From Candidatus Latescibacterota bacterium (GTDB lineage: Bacteria > Latescibacterota > UBA2968 > UBA8231): a stretch of DNA of 64,000 bases. The notes under the pieces are model-generated. The model did not search any database and was not told where the DNA came from. It was given only the letters and a program-made list of their open reading frames with translations. Shown piece after piece: positions 38,059-47,931 of the stretch; within the stretch, counting starts at the first letter, position 1; every line of letters begins with the position of its first letter. The DNA is taken from the NCBI GenBank assembly GCA_965261395.1, contig OZ253462.1, positions 4,448,001 to 4,512,000 on the forward strand. Direction: 5' to 3'. The position numbers and the translations under genes were made by a program.

Positions 38059-38751
38059 TTATCGTCCCTCTCTGCGAAAGCGATAGCCCATACCGCGCAC
38101 GGTTTCGACCATCGCGGCTGCCGTCCCGAGCTTTTCCCGCAGGCGACGGATGTGCGTATCAACAGTGCGGCTATAGCCAATGTACTCATAGCCCCATACC
38201 ACCTTGAGTAACTCCCCCCGCGACTGCACTCGCCCGCGCCGTTGCGCAAGGGTCGTCAAGAGCTTGAACTCGGTCGCCGTCAGATCTACAGGGTCGCTGT
38301 CGATCTGCACCTGACATCCCACCAAGTCGATGGCCAAGGGACCGGCCACGATCTGCGCGACTTCCTCTTCGTCGCGCCCCTCGATGCGGCGCAGTATGGC
38401 GCGGATGCGCAAGACCAGCTCGCGCGGGGAAAAGGGCTTGACCACGTAATCGTCCGCACCCAATTCCAAGCCAACGATGCGATCCACCTCTTCGGCCCGC
38501 GCCGTCAGCATCAAGACTGGTATGTCCTTGGTGCGGGGAGTTTGCTTGAGGAGGCGACAGACCTCCAAGCCGCTGATGCCCGGCAGCATCAGATCCAAGA
38601 CCACGAGGCCAACCGGATCTTGCTCAATCGAGTTCAGGGCCTGTTCTCCGTCTTCGGCCGTCACGACCGAAAAACCGGATTGTTCTAGATGGTATGAGAC
38701 CAACCCGAGGATGTCAGGCTCGTCCTCTACAACTATAATTTTGTCGTTCAT
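38059..38751 (-). CDS. phoB: Phosphate regulon response regulator
   Basis: VVEDE, LDLMLP, GADDYVVKPF, RTVDTHIRRLR. Confidence 0.9.
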   Translation of the reverse strand: MNDKIIVVEDEPDILGLVSYHLEQSGFSVVTAEDGEQALNSIEQDPVGLVVLDLMLPGISGLEVCRLLKQTPRTKDIPVLMLTARAEEVDRIVGLELGADDYVVKPFSPRELVLRIRAILRRIEGRDEEEVAQIVAGPLAIDLVGCQVQIDSDPVDLTATEFKLLTTLAQRRGRVQSRGELLKVVWGYEYIGYSRTVDTHIRRLREKLGTAAAMVETVRGMGYRFRREGR

Positions 38752-39437
38752 GGGTTGTTTTCCTCCCACCAGTCTTCCTTTTGGTGCCGCACGATGCGCC
38801 CCTCGACGAGGAACACCACGTTCTCGGCAATGTTGGAGGCGTGATCGCCAATCCTTTCGAGGTGCCGAGACACCAAGATCAGGTAAATGCCGCGGTCAAT
38901 GGTGTCCGGCCCAATCGACGGCGCGTGCATGTACGTCAGCAACTCGCGAAAAATCTGGTCGCGCAACAGGTCGAGCTCCTCGTCGCGCTGACCGACGGCG
39001 CGGGCTAGCTCCACATCGCGGCGCACGAAAGCATCGAGGGCATCTTTGACCATGCCCTGTGCCAATTCGGACATCCGCGGTATGTCGATCAGCGGCTTGA
39101 GCAGCGGCATCTTGTTGAGCACCTCGGCGCGTTGGACGATGTTGACGGCTTGGTCGTTGATCCGCTCTAGGTCTTCGTTGATTTTTAGGATGCAGGCCAA
39201 CAGCCGCAGGTCGCTGGCCATCGGCCCTTGGGTCGCAAACACCTTTAGGCAGGACTCCTCAATGCCGATTTCCCAATCGTCGATCTTCTTCCCGCCCTCA
39301 ATCACTACCTGTATTAGCGCGTCGTCGCGATCTACGAGGGCGCGCACGGCCTGCCCAATGGACTCCTCGACGGCCCCGCTCATCTTTAATAAGTCCTGTT
39401 TGAGCTCGTCTAATTGCTGGTCGAATCTTCGTTCCAT
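38748..39437 (-). CDS. phoU: Phosphate signalling protein PhoU
   Basis: PMASDLR, DLERIND, LERIGDHASNIAE. Confidence 0.95.
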   Translation of the reverse strand: MERRFDQQLDELKQDLLKMSGAVEESIGQAVRALVDRDDALIQVVIEGGKKIDDWEIGIEESCLKVFATQGPMASDLRLLACILKINEDLERINDQAVNIVQRAEVLNKMPLLKPLIDIPRMSELAQGMVKDALDAFVRRDVELARAVGQRDEELDLLRDQIFRELLTYMHAPSIGPDTIDRGIYLILVSRHLERIGDHASNIAENVVFLVEGRIVRHQKEDWWEENNP

Positions 39438-39451
39438 GGTGCCTTTCCGCC

Positions 39452-40234
39452 TCAGCCGAAGCGGCCGGTTACGTAGTCTTCGGTCTGTTTGCTGCGGGGG
39501 TTGGTGAACATGTCTTCGGTCTGGCTGAATTCGATCAAGGAGCCTAGATAGTAGAAGGCCGTATAGGTCGAAATCCGCGCTGCCTGTTGCAAATTGTGCG
39601 TGACGACGATGATGGTGTAATCGGACTTCAGTTCGGTGATCGTCTCCTCGACCCGCGCAGTGGCAATCGGGTCCAGCGCCGAGCAAGGCTCGTCCATCAA
39701 TACCACCTCCGGCTCGACAGCGAGGGCCCGCGCAATGCACAGTCGCTGCTGCTGACCACCGGACAGGCCCAGCGCGTTGTCCTTGAGCCGGTCCTTGACC
39801 TCGTCCCACAGCGCCGCGGCCTTCAGGCTCTTCTCCACGGCCTCGTCGAGCATCCAGCGGCGGTTTTCCCCGGCGATCCGCAGGCCGTAGGCCACATTCT
39901 CGTAGATGGACTTGGGGAAGGGATTGGACTTTTGGAACACCATGCCCACCCGCCGCCGCAAGTCGATCACATCGCAATCGGGCGCGTAAATGTCGCGACC
40001 GCTGACCCGCACTGAACCTTCAATGCGCGCGGATTCGACTAGGTCGTTGAGGCGATTGAGGCAACGCAAGAGCGTTGATTTGCCGCAGCCCGAAGGTCCG
40101 ATAAACGCGGTCACCTCGCGCTCGGGAATGCTCAAGTCGATGTGGTGTAGGGCCTGAGTCTCGCCGTAGAACATATTCAGGTTTTCCACTTCGACGATGG
40201 GATTTGCCTGGTCCGAGGCTAAGGGCTGGCTCAT
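39452..40234 (-). CDS. pstB: Phosphate ABC transporter ATPase
   Basis: [38 protein letters not shown]. Confidence 0.96.
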   Translation of the reverse strand: MSQPLASDQANPIVEVENLNMFYGETQALHHIDLSIPEREVTAFIGPSGCGKSTLLRCLNRLNDLVESARIEGSVRVSGRDIYAPDCDVIDLRRRVGMVFQKSNPFPKSIYENVAYGLRIAGENRRWMLDEAVEKSLKAAALWDEVKDRLKDNALGLSGGQQQRLCIARALAVEPEVVLMDEPCSALDPIATARVEETITELKSDYTIIVVTHNLQQAARISTYTAFYYLGSLIEFSQTEDMFTNPRSKQTEDYVTGRFG

Positions 40235-40242
40235 GGTATCTC

Positions 40243-41835
40243 CTAAAAGGCCGCCGTGGCGTATTTCTTGCGCAATTTGTTGCGGACGACAATCGCCGTC
40301 AAGTTCAGGAGCAGCACAATGGTCAACAGCATCAGAGCCGTGGTGTACACCATGGGCCGGGCCGCCTCCACGTTGGGCGACTGGAAGCCCACGTCGTAGA
40401 TGTGGAAGCCCAAGTGCATAAACTTGCGCTCCAAGTGAAAAAATGGCGCGAACGAATCGAGTGGTAAATCCGGTGCTAGCTTGACGACGCCAGTAATCAT
40501 CAGCGGCGCGACCTCGCCGGCCCCACGCGCCGTAGCCAAGATGACCCCGGTGAGAATGCCCGGCAGAGCACTGGGCAACACCACGCTCCAAATCATCTGA
40601 AATTTCGTCGCCCCCAAAGCCAGCGCGCCTTCGCGCATCTCTCGGGGCACGGCCGCCAAGCTCTCCTCAGTGGCCACGATGACCACCGGCACCGTCAGCA
40701 GGGCGAGGGTCAGCGAGGCCCAGAGAATGCCGCCGGTGCCATAGGTGGGTGTCGGCAGGGCATCCGCGTAAAAGAGCTGGTCAATGCTGCCGCCGATGCC
40801 GTACACAAAGAATCCCAACCCGAACATGCCAAAGACAATGGAAGGCACACCCGCCAAGTTGTTGACCGCAATCCGCACGAGGCGCACCAAAAAGCCCTGC
40901 CGGGCGTACTCGCGCAGGTAGAGCGCCGCGAGGACCCCAAAGGGCACGGCCGCCAAGCTCATCAGCATCACCATCATCACCGTGCCAAAGAGCGCGGGAA
41001 ATATTCCCCCCTCGGTGTTGGATTCGCGCGGCTCGCCCGCTACAAACTCCCAGCCCTTGGATAGATAGGTCTGTGCCTTGGCCCCGACGCTCATCGAATT
41101 GGGGCGATAGGCGCGAACGATGGCCGCCACGGCGACGCGGCGCGTCTCGCCCCCAGCCAGCGCGACCTCCACCTCCCAGCGCTGCTGCTGCGTCCGCAGC
41201 TCGTCCAAGCGCCCCGACAGGGCCTCGTGCTCGTCCCACAGGGCTTGGCGACGCACCTCGTTTGCAGCGAGTTGTGCGTCGTTTTTCTCGCGTTGCAAGC
41301 GCCGCTCTTCTAGGCGCAAGTCATCTATTGCGCGGCTGAGCTCGCCGATTTCTCCGCGCTCCAAGGCGTGGATGCGCTCATCCAGCTCGCCGGCCTGATC
41401 CATCAGCTCCTGTAAGGCATCCCAGACTCCCTCCCCTTTTGCCAGCAGCCGCTCCTCCTCGTACAAGGCCGCGATAAAGCCGTGCATATCGCCCCACTCG
41501 ACCCGCTCGAAGACCACGGCCTCAGCCGGCGTTTCGCGCTCGGCAATCGCGTCTTCATCCACCCAGCGAAAGTCTTGGCCATAGGCATCGCGGTTGCCGA
41601 CCTTTAGCTGCACTCGATAGCGCCCTGCGGTCTCGGGAATGGGCTGGCGATCCATCAGTTTGCCCATGACCGGCGGACCGTCTTTGAGGCGCAACAGGGT
41701 CAAACCCTGCGGCCAGAACACGCCCACGCCGTTATAAACAATAATCCCCACCAAGCCGGTGATCATCGCCAAGCACATAGCTAACGCCCCGCCCGTAAGC
41801 CAGATGAAAGGGTCGCCCCGCCGCCAGAATTTCAT
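40243..41835 (-). CDS. pstA: Phosphate ABC transporter permease PstA (long form)
   Basis: [32 protein letters not shown]. Confidence 0.94.
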   Translation of the reverse strand: MKFWRRGDPFIWLTGGALAMCLAMITGLVGIIVYNGVGVFWPQGLTLLRLKDGPPVMGKLMDRQPIPETAGRYRVQLKVGNRDAYGQDFRWVDEDAIAERETPAEAVVFERVEWGDMHGFIAALYEEERLLAKGEGVWDALQELMDQAGELDERIHALERGEIGELSRAIDDLRLEERRLQREKNDAQLAANEVRRQALWDEHEALSGRLDELRTQQQRWEVEVALAGGETRRVAVAAIVRAYRPNSMSVGAKAQTYLSKGWEFVAGEPRESNTEGGIFPALFGTVMMVMLMSLAAVPFGVLAALYLREYARQGFLVRLVRIAVNNLAGVPSIVFGMFGLGFFVYGIGGSIDQLFYADALPTPTYGTGGILWASLTLALLTVPVVIVATEESLAAVPREMREGALALGATKFQMIWSVVLPSALPGILTGVILATARGAGEVAPLMITGVVKLAPDLPLDSFAPFFHLERKFMHLGFHIYDVGFQSPNVEAARPMVYTTALMLLTIVLLLNLTAIVVRNKLRKKYATAAF

Positions 41836-44039
41836 CACAGTCGGTTGTACTTATCCCGCAGGCCTTGGCGCACGATCTCGGCCAACGAGTTGATAAAGAA
41901 GGTGGCGATAAACAGCAGCAAGCCACTGAGGAAGAGCACTCGGTAGAGCGTACCTTGGTGCGGTGCTTCGGGTAACTCCACGGCGATATTGGCCGAAATG
42001 GTGCGCATGCCGTTGAAAATGTTCCAATCCATGATCGGGGTATTGCCCGTGGCCATCAGCACGATCATGGTTTCCCCGATGGCGCGGCCGAGGCCGATCA
42101 TGGCTGCCGAAAAAATGCCCGGCAAGGCCATGGGCAATACTACCTTGATTGCCGTCTGCCAAGGCGTAGCTCCCAAGGCCAGCGAGCCAGCGCGCAGGTG
42201 GCTGGGCACGCTAGAGAGCGCGTCCTCGCAGATGGTGAAGACCAGCGGAACGACCGCAAAGCCCATGGCAAACCCCACTACCAAGCAATTGCGCTGGTCG
42301 TAGCCAACGCCCGCGTCTTGCCGCAGCCAGCGCAGGAAGTGCCCGTCAAAAGCCAGTTCCTCAAAGGCTGGCCCCAGCGCGTACGCCAACCAAGCGACCA
42401 GCAGGGTCACCGCGCCGAGCAAGTATATCTCCCCAACCCGCGCCACTTGGCGCACCCAAGCCTCTGGGGCGTATTGCCAGCCCCAAGCCGCAGTTAGGAC
42501 CACGGTTGGCACAGCCGGCAGCAGCAGCAAGGTCCCCAACAAGTGCGATTCGAGCAGCGGGGCCAGCCACAAGCCAGCGAGAAAGCCCAAGATGACGCTC
42601 GGCAACGAGGCCATGACTTCTACGGACGGCTTGACCAAGCTCTGCACGCGCGGCGAGGCAAATTCGGCCGTGTAAATCGCCGCTAAAACGGCCAACGGCA
42701 ACGCAAAGAGCAGGGCGTAGAACGTGCCCTTGGCCGTGCCCAAAATCAGCGGCACCAAGCTGAGCTTTGGCTCGAATTCGTCCGTGCCACCAGTGGACTG
42801 CCACACGTATTCGCGGCCCCCGTAGCCCTCGTACCAGATGGAGCCGAACAGCACAGCCGCGCTGATTTCGGGATGGGGATGGTCAAGGGTAAAGCGCCGC
42901 AACCACCCGTCTTGGCCGAGAGCTAAAAATCCGTCGGCCTTGGGCGCGAAGACCAACGCGGTCACCGGGGAGTCGCCCGGCAGTTGGAAGGATGTATGCT
43001 CGGAGGTTAGGTGGTGTAGGGCTATGGCCCCTTCGGCGTCGGCCGTGAGAAACTGCTTGTCGCGCGTAGAGGCGACAATGTGGGTAACGGCCGACTCTGA
43101 GGGGGCGAAGGCGTGGATTTTGCGATACGACCGCTGTCCGTCTTCCTCAATCTTAAACCAAGCGCTGACGTGGCCGACCGCGTCGCCGACGACCAGCGAA
43201 ACCTCGCCTAGCGCGTACGCCAGCGCCGAGACGGCGACTTCTGAGACGGCGATGCGCCCGACAAACGCAGGCGCTTGCTCCACTGCGCCCAGCCGCCACT
43301 CGTACACCTGCCCCTGATCCGTACCCACCAGCACCTGGCGAATGCGGCCATCGAGCAGCACCTGCGTGGCCTTGCCGTCGAGTTCGGCCGTTAGCTCGTA
43401 CTGCCTTGCTTGGCGCTCGCCCGGCCCCAATAGGCCCTGCTGTTGCTCGGCCACCTGCACCACCAAGCGGCCGCTCGCCGTAATCGCCGCCGCGGCCGAG
43501 CGACCGGCCTCCCCTTCCCGGAAGGCCACCTGCACCAGCGACTCGCCGGCCGGATCGACCGCGACGAGGCGCTCAACCGCAAACTGCGGCACCACCTGCC
43601 GCTGGCCGCTGCTGTAATCGAGCCGGAAACGGACCTGCGCCAACAGCAGGTGGCCGTCGTCCGTACCCAATGCTAAAACATCGTTTGGCGCGCGCTGTGC
43701 GGCCGTTACTTCGCGGCCCGCTAGCTCGGCTGGCCGCTCGCGGCTGATGACTTGGCCATCGTCCAGCCTCAACAAATCCACCCCTTGGGGGCCGACTGCA
43801 TAAGCGATTTGGTAGTAGGGGTCGAGCCCAATGGCCAATGGGCCGGCCACTGGGTGCGCCTTTTCTGCTTTTAGCTCTGGGGTGCGGAATAGGGGCCAAG
43901 CCTCGGCGAGGACGAAGACAAATATCCCCAAGACGGCGGCGATAATGCCGATGCCGCCAAAGGAGATAAAGCGCTCCGCTAGCCAGTCGAGGGTTTTCGC
44001 TCGCGGCGTGATTCCGCGCTTATATGGCTTGGGGGTCAC
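41835..44039 (-). CDS. pstC: Phosphate ABC transporter permease PstC (long form with a propeller-like domain)
   Basis: WQSTGGTDEFEPK, LPSVILGF, GRAIGETMIVLMATGN. Confidence 0.94.
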   Translation of the reverse strand: MTPKPYKRGITPRAKTLDWLAERFISFGGIGIIAAVLGIFVFVLAEAWPLFRTPELKAEKAHPVAGPLAIGLDPYYQIAYAVGPQGVDLLRLDDGQVISRERPAELAGREVTAAQRAPNDVLALGTDDGHLLLAQVRFRLDYSSGQRQVVPQFAVERLVAVDPAGESLVQVAFREGEAGRSAAAAITASGRLVVQVAEQQQGLLGPGERQARQYELTAELDGKATQVLLDGRIRQVLVGTDQGQVYEWRLGAVEQAPAFVGRIAVSEVAVSALAYALGEVSLVVGDAVGHVSAWFKIEEDGQRSYRKIHAFAPSESAVTHIVASTRDKQFLTADAEGAIALHHLTSEHTSFQLPGDSPVTALVFAPKADGFLALGQDGWLRRFTLDHPHPEISAAVLFGSIWYEGYGGREYVWQSTGGTDEFEPKLSLVPLILGTAKGTFYALLFALPLAVLAAIYTAEFASPRVQSLVKPSVEVMASLPSVILGFLAGLWLAPLLESHLLGTLLLLPAVPTVVLTAAWGWQYAPEAWVRQVARVGEIYLLGAVTLLVAWLAYALGPAFEELAFDGHFLRWLRQDAGVGYDQRNCLVVGFAMGFAVVPLVFTICEDALSSVPSHLRAGSLALGATPWQTAIKVVLPMALPGIFSAAMIGLGRAIGETMIVLMATGNTPIMDWNIFNGMRTISANIAVELPEAPHQGTLYRVLFLSGLLLFIATFFINSLAEIVRQGLRDKYNRL

Positions 44040-44051
44040 GTACCCATGCCT

Positions 44052-45023
44052 TTAGATATCCAATTTGGCCAGTTCGGCTTGGACTACTTCAAACGGCACG
44101 GGCATATAGCCATCTTTGACGATAATTTCTTGACCCTCTTTGGAGAAAATAAACTTGCAGAACTCTTTCACTAGCGGGTCCATGGCTTGGCCGGGGGCCT
44201 TGTTTATATAAATGTATAGAAAACGACCAAGGGGGTAAGAGCCGTTCAGTACGTTTTCCATGGAGCCTTGCCTAAACTCCTGTCCCTCGGCTTTGGCCAA
44301 GGGCAAGACGCGCACCCCTGAGGTCAGATAGCCAATGCCGCTGTATCCTATGGCGAAGCGGTCCTCGGTGATACCCTGGACCACGGACGCCGACCCAGGC
44401 TGCTCTTTCACCTCGTCCTTGTAGTCGCCTTTGAACAGGGCCTGTTTCTTAAAAAAGCCATAGGTGCCCGAGGCCGAGTTGCGGCCGTAGAGACTAATCT
44501 GGGCCTTGGCCCAATCCCCTTCCAGCCCCAACTGGCCCCAAGTGGTCATGTCATTGGGGAACTCGCTGCGGCGGGTCTTGGAAAAAATCGCATCGACTTG
44601 CGGCAGGCTCAGACCCTCGATGGGGTTGTCCTTGTTGACAAAGACCGCCAGCGCGTCCAGCGCAGCCCGCAAGGGCGTTGGCTTATAGCCAAAGGCCTGC
44701 TCGAATTTGTCCTCCTCGCTCGACTTCATCGACCGCGACATCGGCCCGAACTGAGCCGTGCCTTCGATTAGGGCTGGCGGCGCAGTACTCGACCCTTTGC
44801 CCTCGATCTGGATCTTGACGTTGGGATAGTACTTGCGGAAGGTCTCCAGCCAGAGTGCCATCATGTTGTTCATCGTATCGGAGCCAATGCTGCTGGCATT
44901 GCCGGACAGACCGCGCACCTTCTCGTAGGATGCGATTCGCTCATCAACGGCTATGGTCTGCGCTTGAACGCCAGCGGCGAACACCCAACACATCAGCACC
45001 ACTCCGCTCCATCTTTTTTTCAT
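44052..45023 (-). CDS. pstS: Phosphate-binding protein PstS
   Basis: GSDTM, GSSTAPPAL, GRNSASGTY, YSGIGY. Confidence 0.95.
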   Translation of the reverse strand: MKKRWSGVVLMCWVFAAGVQAQTIAVDERIASYEKVRGLSGNASSIGSDTMNNMMALWLETFRKYYPNVKIQIEGKGSSTAPPALIEGTAQFGPMSRSMKSSEEDKFEQAFGYKPTPLRAALDALAVFVNKDNPIEGLSLPQVDAIFSKTRRSEFPNDMTTWGQLGLEGDWAKAQISLYGRNSASGTYGFFKKQALFKGDYKDEVKEQPGSASVVQGITEDRFAIGYSGIGYLTSGVRVLPLAKAEGQEFRQGSMENVLNGSYPLGRFLYIYINKAPGQAMDPLVKEFCKFIFSKEGQEIIVKDGYMPVPFEVVQAELAKLDI

Positions 45024-45061
45024 CTTTGCATCCCCCTTTTATGAAAGATTGCAGGAATTGT

Positions 45062-45109
45062 GTTACATCCGCGTGTCTCATGGATGAAACCTGCGTTACA
45101 ATACGTTAC
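45062..45109 (-). promoter_or_regulatory. Pho-box-like repeat array upstream of pstS
   Basis: Minus-strand GTAAC, TTCAT, GACAC, GTAAC starting at 45099, 45088, 45077, 45066 (11-bp period), plus GTAAC at 45109. Confidence 0.55.
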
Positions 45110-45116
45110 AACACTG

Positions 45117-46085
45117 CTAAAATTTGTAGTAAAAGGTCAGCCGTCCTTGGACATTGGCATCACGGCCAGCGGACGACTCGATGAGCACATTGGGCATCAG
45201 GTGGACGTTTGTAGCTGCGGAGTAGTCGAGGCCGGTGATGAAGAGCAAATCCCTGTCGTCCTCAGCGTCGTGGGTGACCACATCAAACCGGCCAAAGCCC
45301 TTGAACGCGGCATTTAGCGGCAACGAGCCAAAGGCCGAGACCCCAGCGATGACGTGGTCCTCGCCGTTATCGCCGGCCAGCTCGTTGGTGCGCGAGAAGA
45401 CCTCCAACCCCGCACTGCCCCTCACTCCCTGCCAGCCGACGAAGCCCTTGAAGGTTCGCTCATTGCGACCGGCTGGCCTCGCATTAAAGTCCGCATAGCC
45501 TTCCAATATCAATCGGTCCGCAGCCTTGAAACTCAACGAACCATAGAATTTCTTGCCGTGGTCGTCCTCCGGCCCCTGTCCGGTACCATTGCCGACCATC
45601 AGGTGGTAGCTCAGCCGGCCCGCCGCTCCCTTGAGGGCCGCGCCCAAGTCGGCCGAAGAGCCGATTTTATTCCAGTCGAGCGCGGTCTTGGCTATCGAGC
45701 GGTAGCCCCAGACCTTTTCGGCGACCGCCCAAGTCGGCGTCCCCGCAAGCCCTAGGTATAGGTCCGCATCGCCCAGCCCCTTCTTCCACTGTAAGTAGCC
45801 GTGCTTGACGAAGGGTTCCATCTTCGCACCTTGGGCAAACCCCGCGTCCTTGGCCTCGAGGCGCAAGCGAATCGCAAAGTCAGTGGCGATATCGCTCTGG
45901 TACGTGAGGTACAGACGGCGGAACTGAAAAGCATTGCGCTTGGGAGAGTACTTGGTGTCGGCTTCATCGACGGTCAATAGATAGTAGTAGTCGCCAAACA
46001 TAAGGCCCTTGACCTTGACCTCCTGTGCTGGCGCTGTAAAGACCCAACCCAACATCAGGGTTACAAACGCCATCGTTTTTTTCAC
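45117..46085 (-). CDS. Outer-membrane porin, probably phosphate-selective
   Basis: Signal peptide, FQFRRLYLTY, C-terminal YYKF; heads the pst operon. Confidence 0.75.
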   Translation of the reverse strand: MKKTMAFVTLMLGWVFTAPAQEVKVKGLMFGDYYYLLTVDEADTKYSPKRNAFQFRRLYLTYQSDIATDFAIRLRLEAKDAGFAQGAKMEPFVKHGYLQWKKGLGDADLYLGLAGTPTWAVAEKVWGYRSIAKTALDWNKIGSSADLGAALKGAAGRLSYHLMVGNGTGQGPEDDHGKKFYGSLSFKAADRLILEGYADFNARPAGRNERTFKGFVGWQGVRGSAGLEVFSRTNELAGDNGEDHVIAGVSAFGSLPLNAAFKGFGRFDVVTHDAEDDRDLLFITGLDYSAATNVHLMPNVLIESSAGRDANVQGRLTFYYKF

Positions 46086-46133
46086 TTGTGTTACAATCCT
46101 CCCTCTTTTGGCGTTTTTCTTGTCCTACATGTA

Positions 46134-46187
46134 ACAATAGCCGCGCTATGCGACGCTTTTGTAACAGTATTGTTACGAAACGGTGAC
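46134..46187 (-). promoter_or_regulatory. PhoB-type promoter: four Pho half-sites plus -10
   Basis: GTCAC, GTAAC, GTTAC, GTCGC at 46187, 46176, 46165, 46154 (11-bp period), then 10 bp and TATTGT. Confidence 0.75.
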
Positions 46188-46235
46188 GTTTTCCTCCTTC
46201 ATCCTACGATAGACACACTTCCTCCAAGACCTCTT

Positions 46236-46262
46236 GTCACCGGATTGTGACTTCAGAGTAAC
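46236..46262 (+). promoter_or_regulatory. Pho-box array for the divergent TonB locus
   Basis: GTCAC, GTGAC, GTAAC at 46236, 46247, 46258 (11-bp period). Confidence 0.6.
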
Positions 46263-46325
46263 CTCTTCTCAACACAGCCTCTCTATCATTTTTGATTAAA
46301 TCTTTTCAAGGGAGGTTTTACAGCC

Positions 46326-46566
46326 ATGAAGCGCTGCTTGTCCATTGTCGTCCTCGCCCTTTTGGCCTTTGCCCACCCCACCCTCGCCCAGACCGGTACT
46401 GTATCCGGCTCGGTCCTCGATCGCCAGACCGGCGACCCGCTCGTAGGTGCGATCGTCTTTCTGGAAGGCACTCAGATTGGCATAACCTGCGATGTCGAGG
46501 GTCGGTTTCAGCTTTTTGACGTCCCGGTCGGGACCTATGTGCTGGCCAGCTCGATGATCGGCTATC
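46326..46566 (+). pseudogene. N-terminal remnant of a TonB-dependent receptor-like protein
   Basis: GGAGG RBS, signal peptide, AQTGTVSGSVLDRQTGDPLVGA...SMIGY (carboxypeptidase-regulatory-like domain); remainder missing. Confidence 0.75.
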
Positions 46567-46705
46567 AGGAGGATACTATGCTGCGCAAGATAATGCTCGC
46601 ATACCCAAGTTGACTATGTCGGAGCTTTTGGCAACGAACTGTGGACCTCGGGCTGGACCTTCTTCGCTGAGGCCGGCATCATGCCCAACGAGATGGCAAC
46701 CGTCA

Positions 46706-47570
46706 GAAGCTGTTGAGTTAAAGTTATTTTGTATGTTATTTTGTCGTAACCGCTTTTTTCGTCTAGGATTTAGGAGGTTTGTATTATGCTTGGGTATCCC
46801 AGTGACGTGACCGATGCAGAATGGGCGTTGCTGGCTCCTTTTTTTGCTCGCCCCGATCCGCGGGGCAATCCGGGCAAGTATGCCAAACGGGATGTGGTCA
46901 ATGCTATTTTCTATGTGGTCAAAGGCGGCATCCCCTGGCGGATGCTTCCGTTGGATTTTCCGCCGTGGGACACCGTGTATGACCATTACCGGCGCTGGAA
47001 TCAGCGCGGGGTGTGGGAACAAGCTTTGGATGCGCTGAACGAGCGCGCACGACACAAGCAGGGCAAACACAAGCATCCGACCTACGCCTTGGTCGATTCG
47101 CAATCGGTTAAGACCCAATATGCCAGTCAGGATCGAGGCATCGACGGGGGAAAAAAAGATCAAAGGTCGTAAACGCCACATCGCCACTGATACGCTAGGT
47201 AACATGCTAACGGTCCAAGTCCATGCGGCCAATCTCGCCGATACCAGCCAAGGATGGGATGTCTGCGACCAAGTCGCCGAAAAGTATGATTCGATACAAG
47301 CGTTCTGCGGCGACCAAGGATACCGAGGCACCACCGTCGAATTCGTCGAAAACCTGTTGGGATTGCGGCTGGATATAACCGATAAGCCAACCCAAGGGTT
47401 CCAAGTGGTGCCCAAACGCTGGATCATCGAACGAACGTTTGCTTGGTTGGGGGGATTTCGTCGCTTGGCCAAGGACTTTGAAATACGCACTCGATCCGCC
47501 GAAAACATGATTCGTATCGCCATGATAAACATTACCGTCGCTAAATGTGTCTGAATAACTCAACAGCTTC
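46706..47570 (+). mobile_element. IS5-family insertion sequence (865 bp)
   Basis: Perfect 15-bp terminal IR GAAGCTGTTGAGTTA; TCA target duplication at 46703-05 and 47571-73. Confidence 0.92.
46786..47554 (+). CDS. IS5-family transposase in two ORFs joined by a -1 frameshift
   Basis: YPSDVTDAEW, WRMLPLDFPPW, VDSQSVK; slippery G5A7G at 47146-47158; KIKGRKRH, DQGY, RWIIERTFAW. Confidence 0.9.
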
Positions 47571-47931
47571 TCATCGCCGAAGAGTCCGCAGTGTCTGCGA
47601 CCGTACCCAATGCTTACACACTGAACCAAAACTACCCCAATCCCTTCAACCCCAGCACGACCATTGCCTACGCCATTCCGGCTGATGGGCACGTAGAACT
47701 GACCCTTTTCAACGCCCTCGGCCAACAGGTGGCAACGCTGGCCGAAGGATGGCGCATGGCCGGCTCCTACTCGGTCACCGTCGATGCGTCGGACCTCAGC
47801 GCCGGTACGTACTTCTACCACCTCCGCGCTGGCGACCAAGTCCTGCACCGCAAAATGACCTTGCTTAAATAGAGCTTTTTCGCAGGATAAATAAAAAGAG
47901 GGACGGGTTTTTACATTTGCATTTCTTGGGA

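Larger units (their letters stand above)
46578..47872 (+). pseudogene. Secreted protein with a FlgD/T9SS-like C-terminal domain, internally deleted and IS-interrupted
   Basis: AGGAGG plus MLRKIMLA; then, in another frame, VDYVGAFGNELWTSGWTFF, which after IS removal continues in frame into LNQNYPNPFNPSTTI...KMTLLK. Confidence 0.75.

Noticed and set aside
46576-47532. 318-aa minus-strand ORF across the IS
   Set aside because: Antisense to the transposase and crosses the IS boundary
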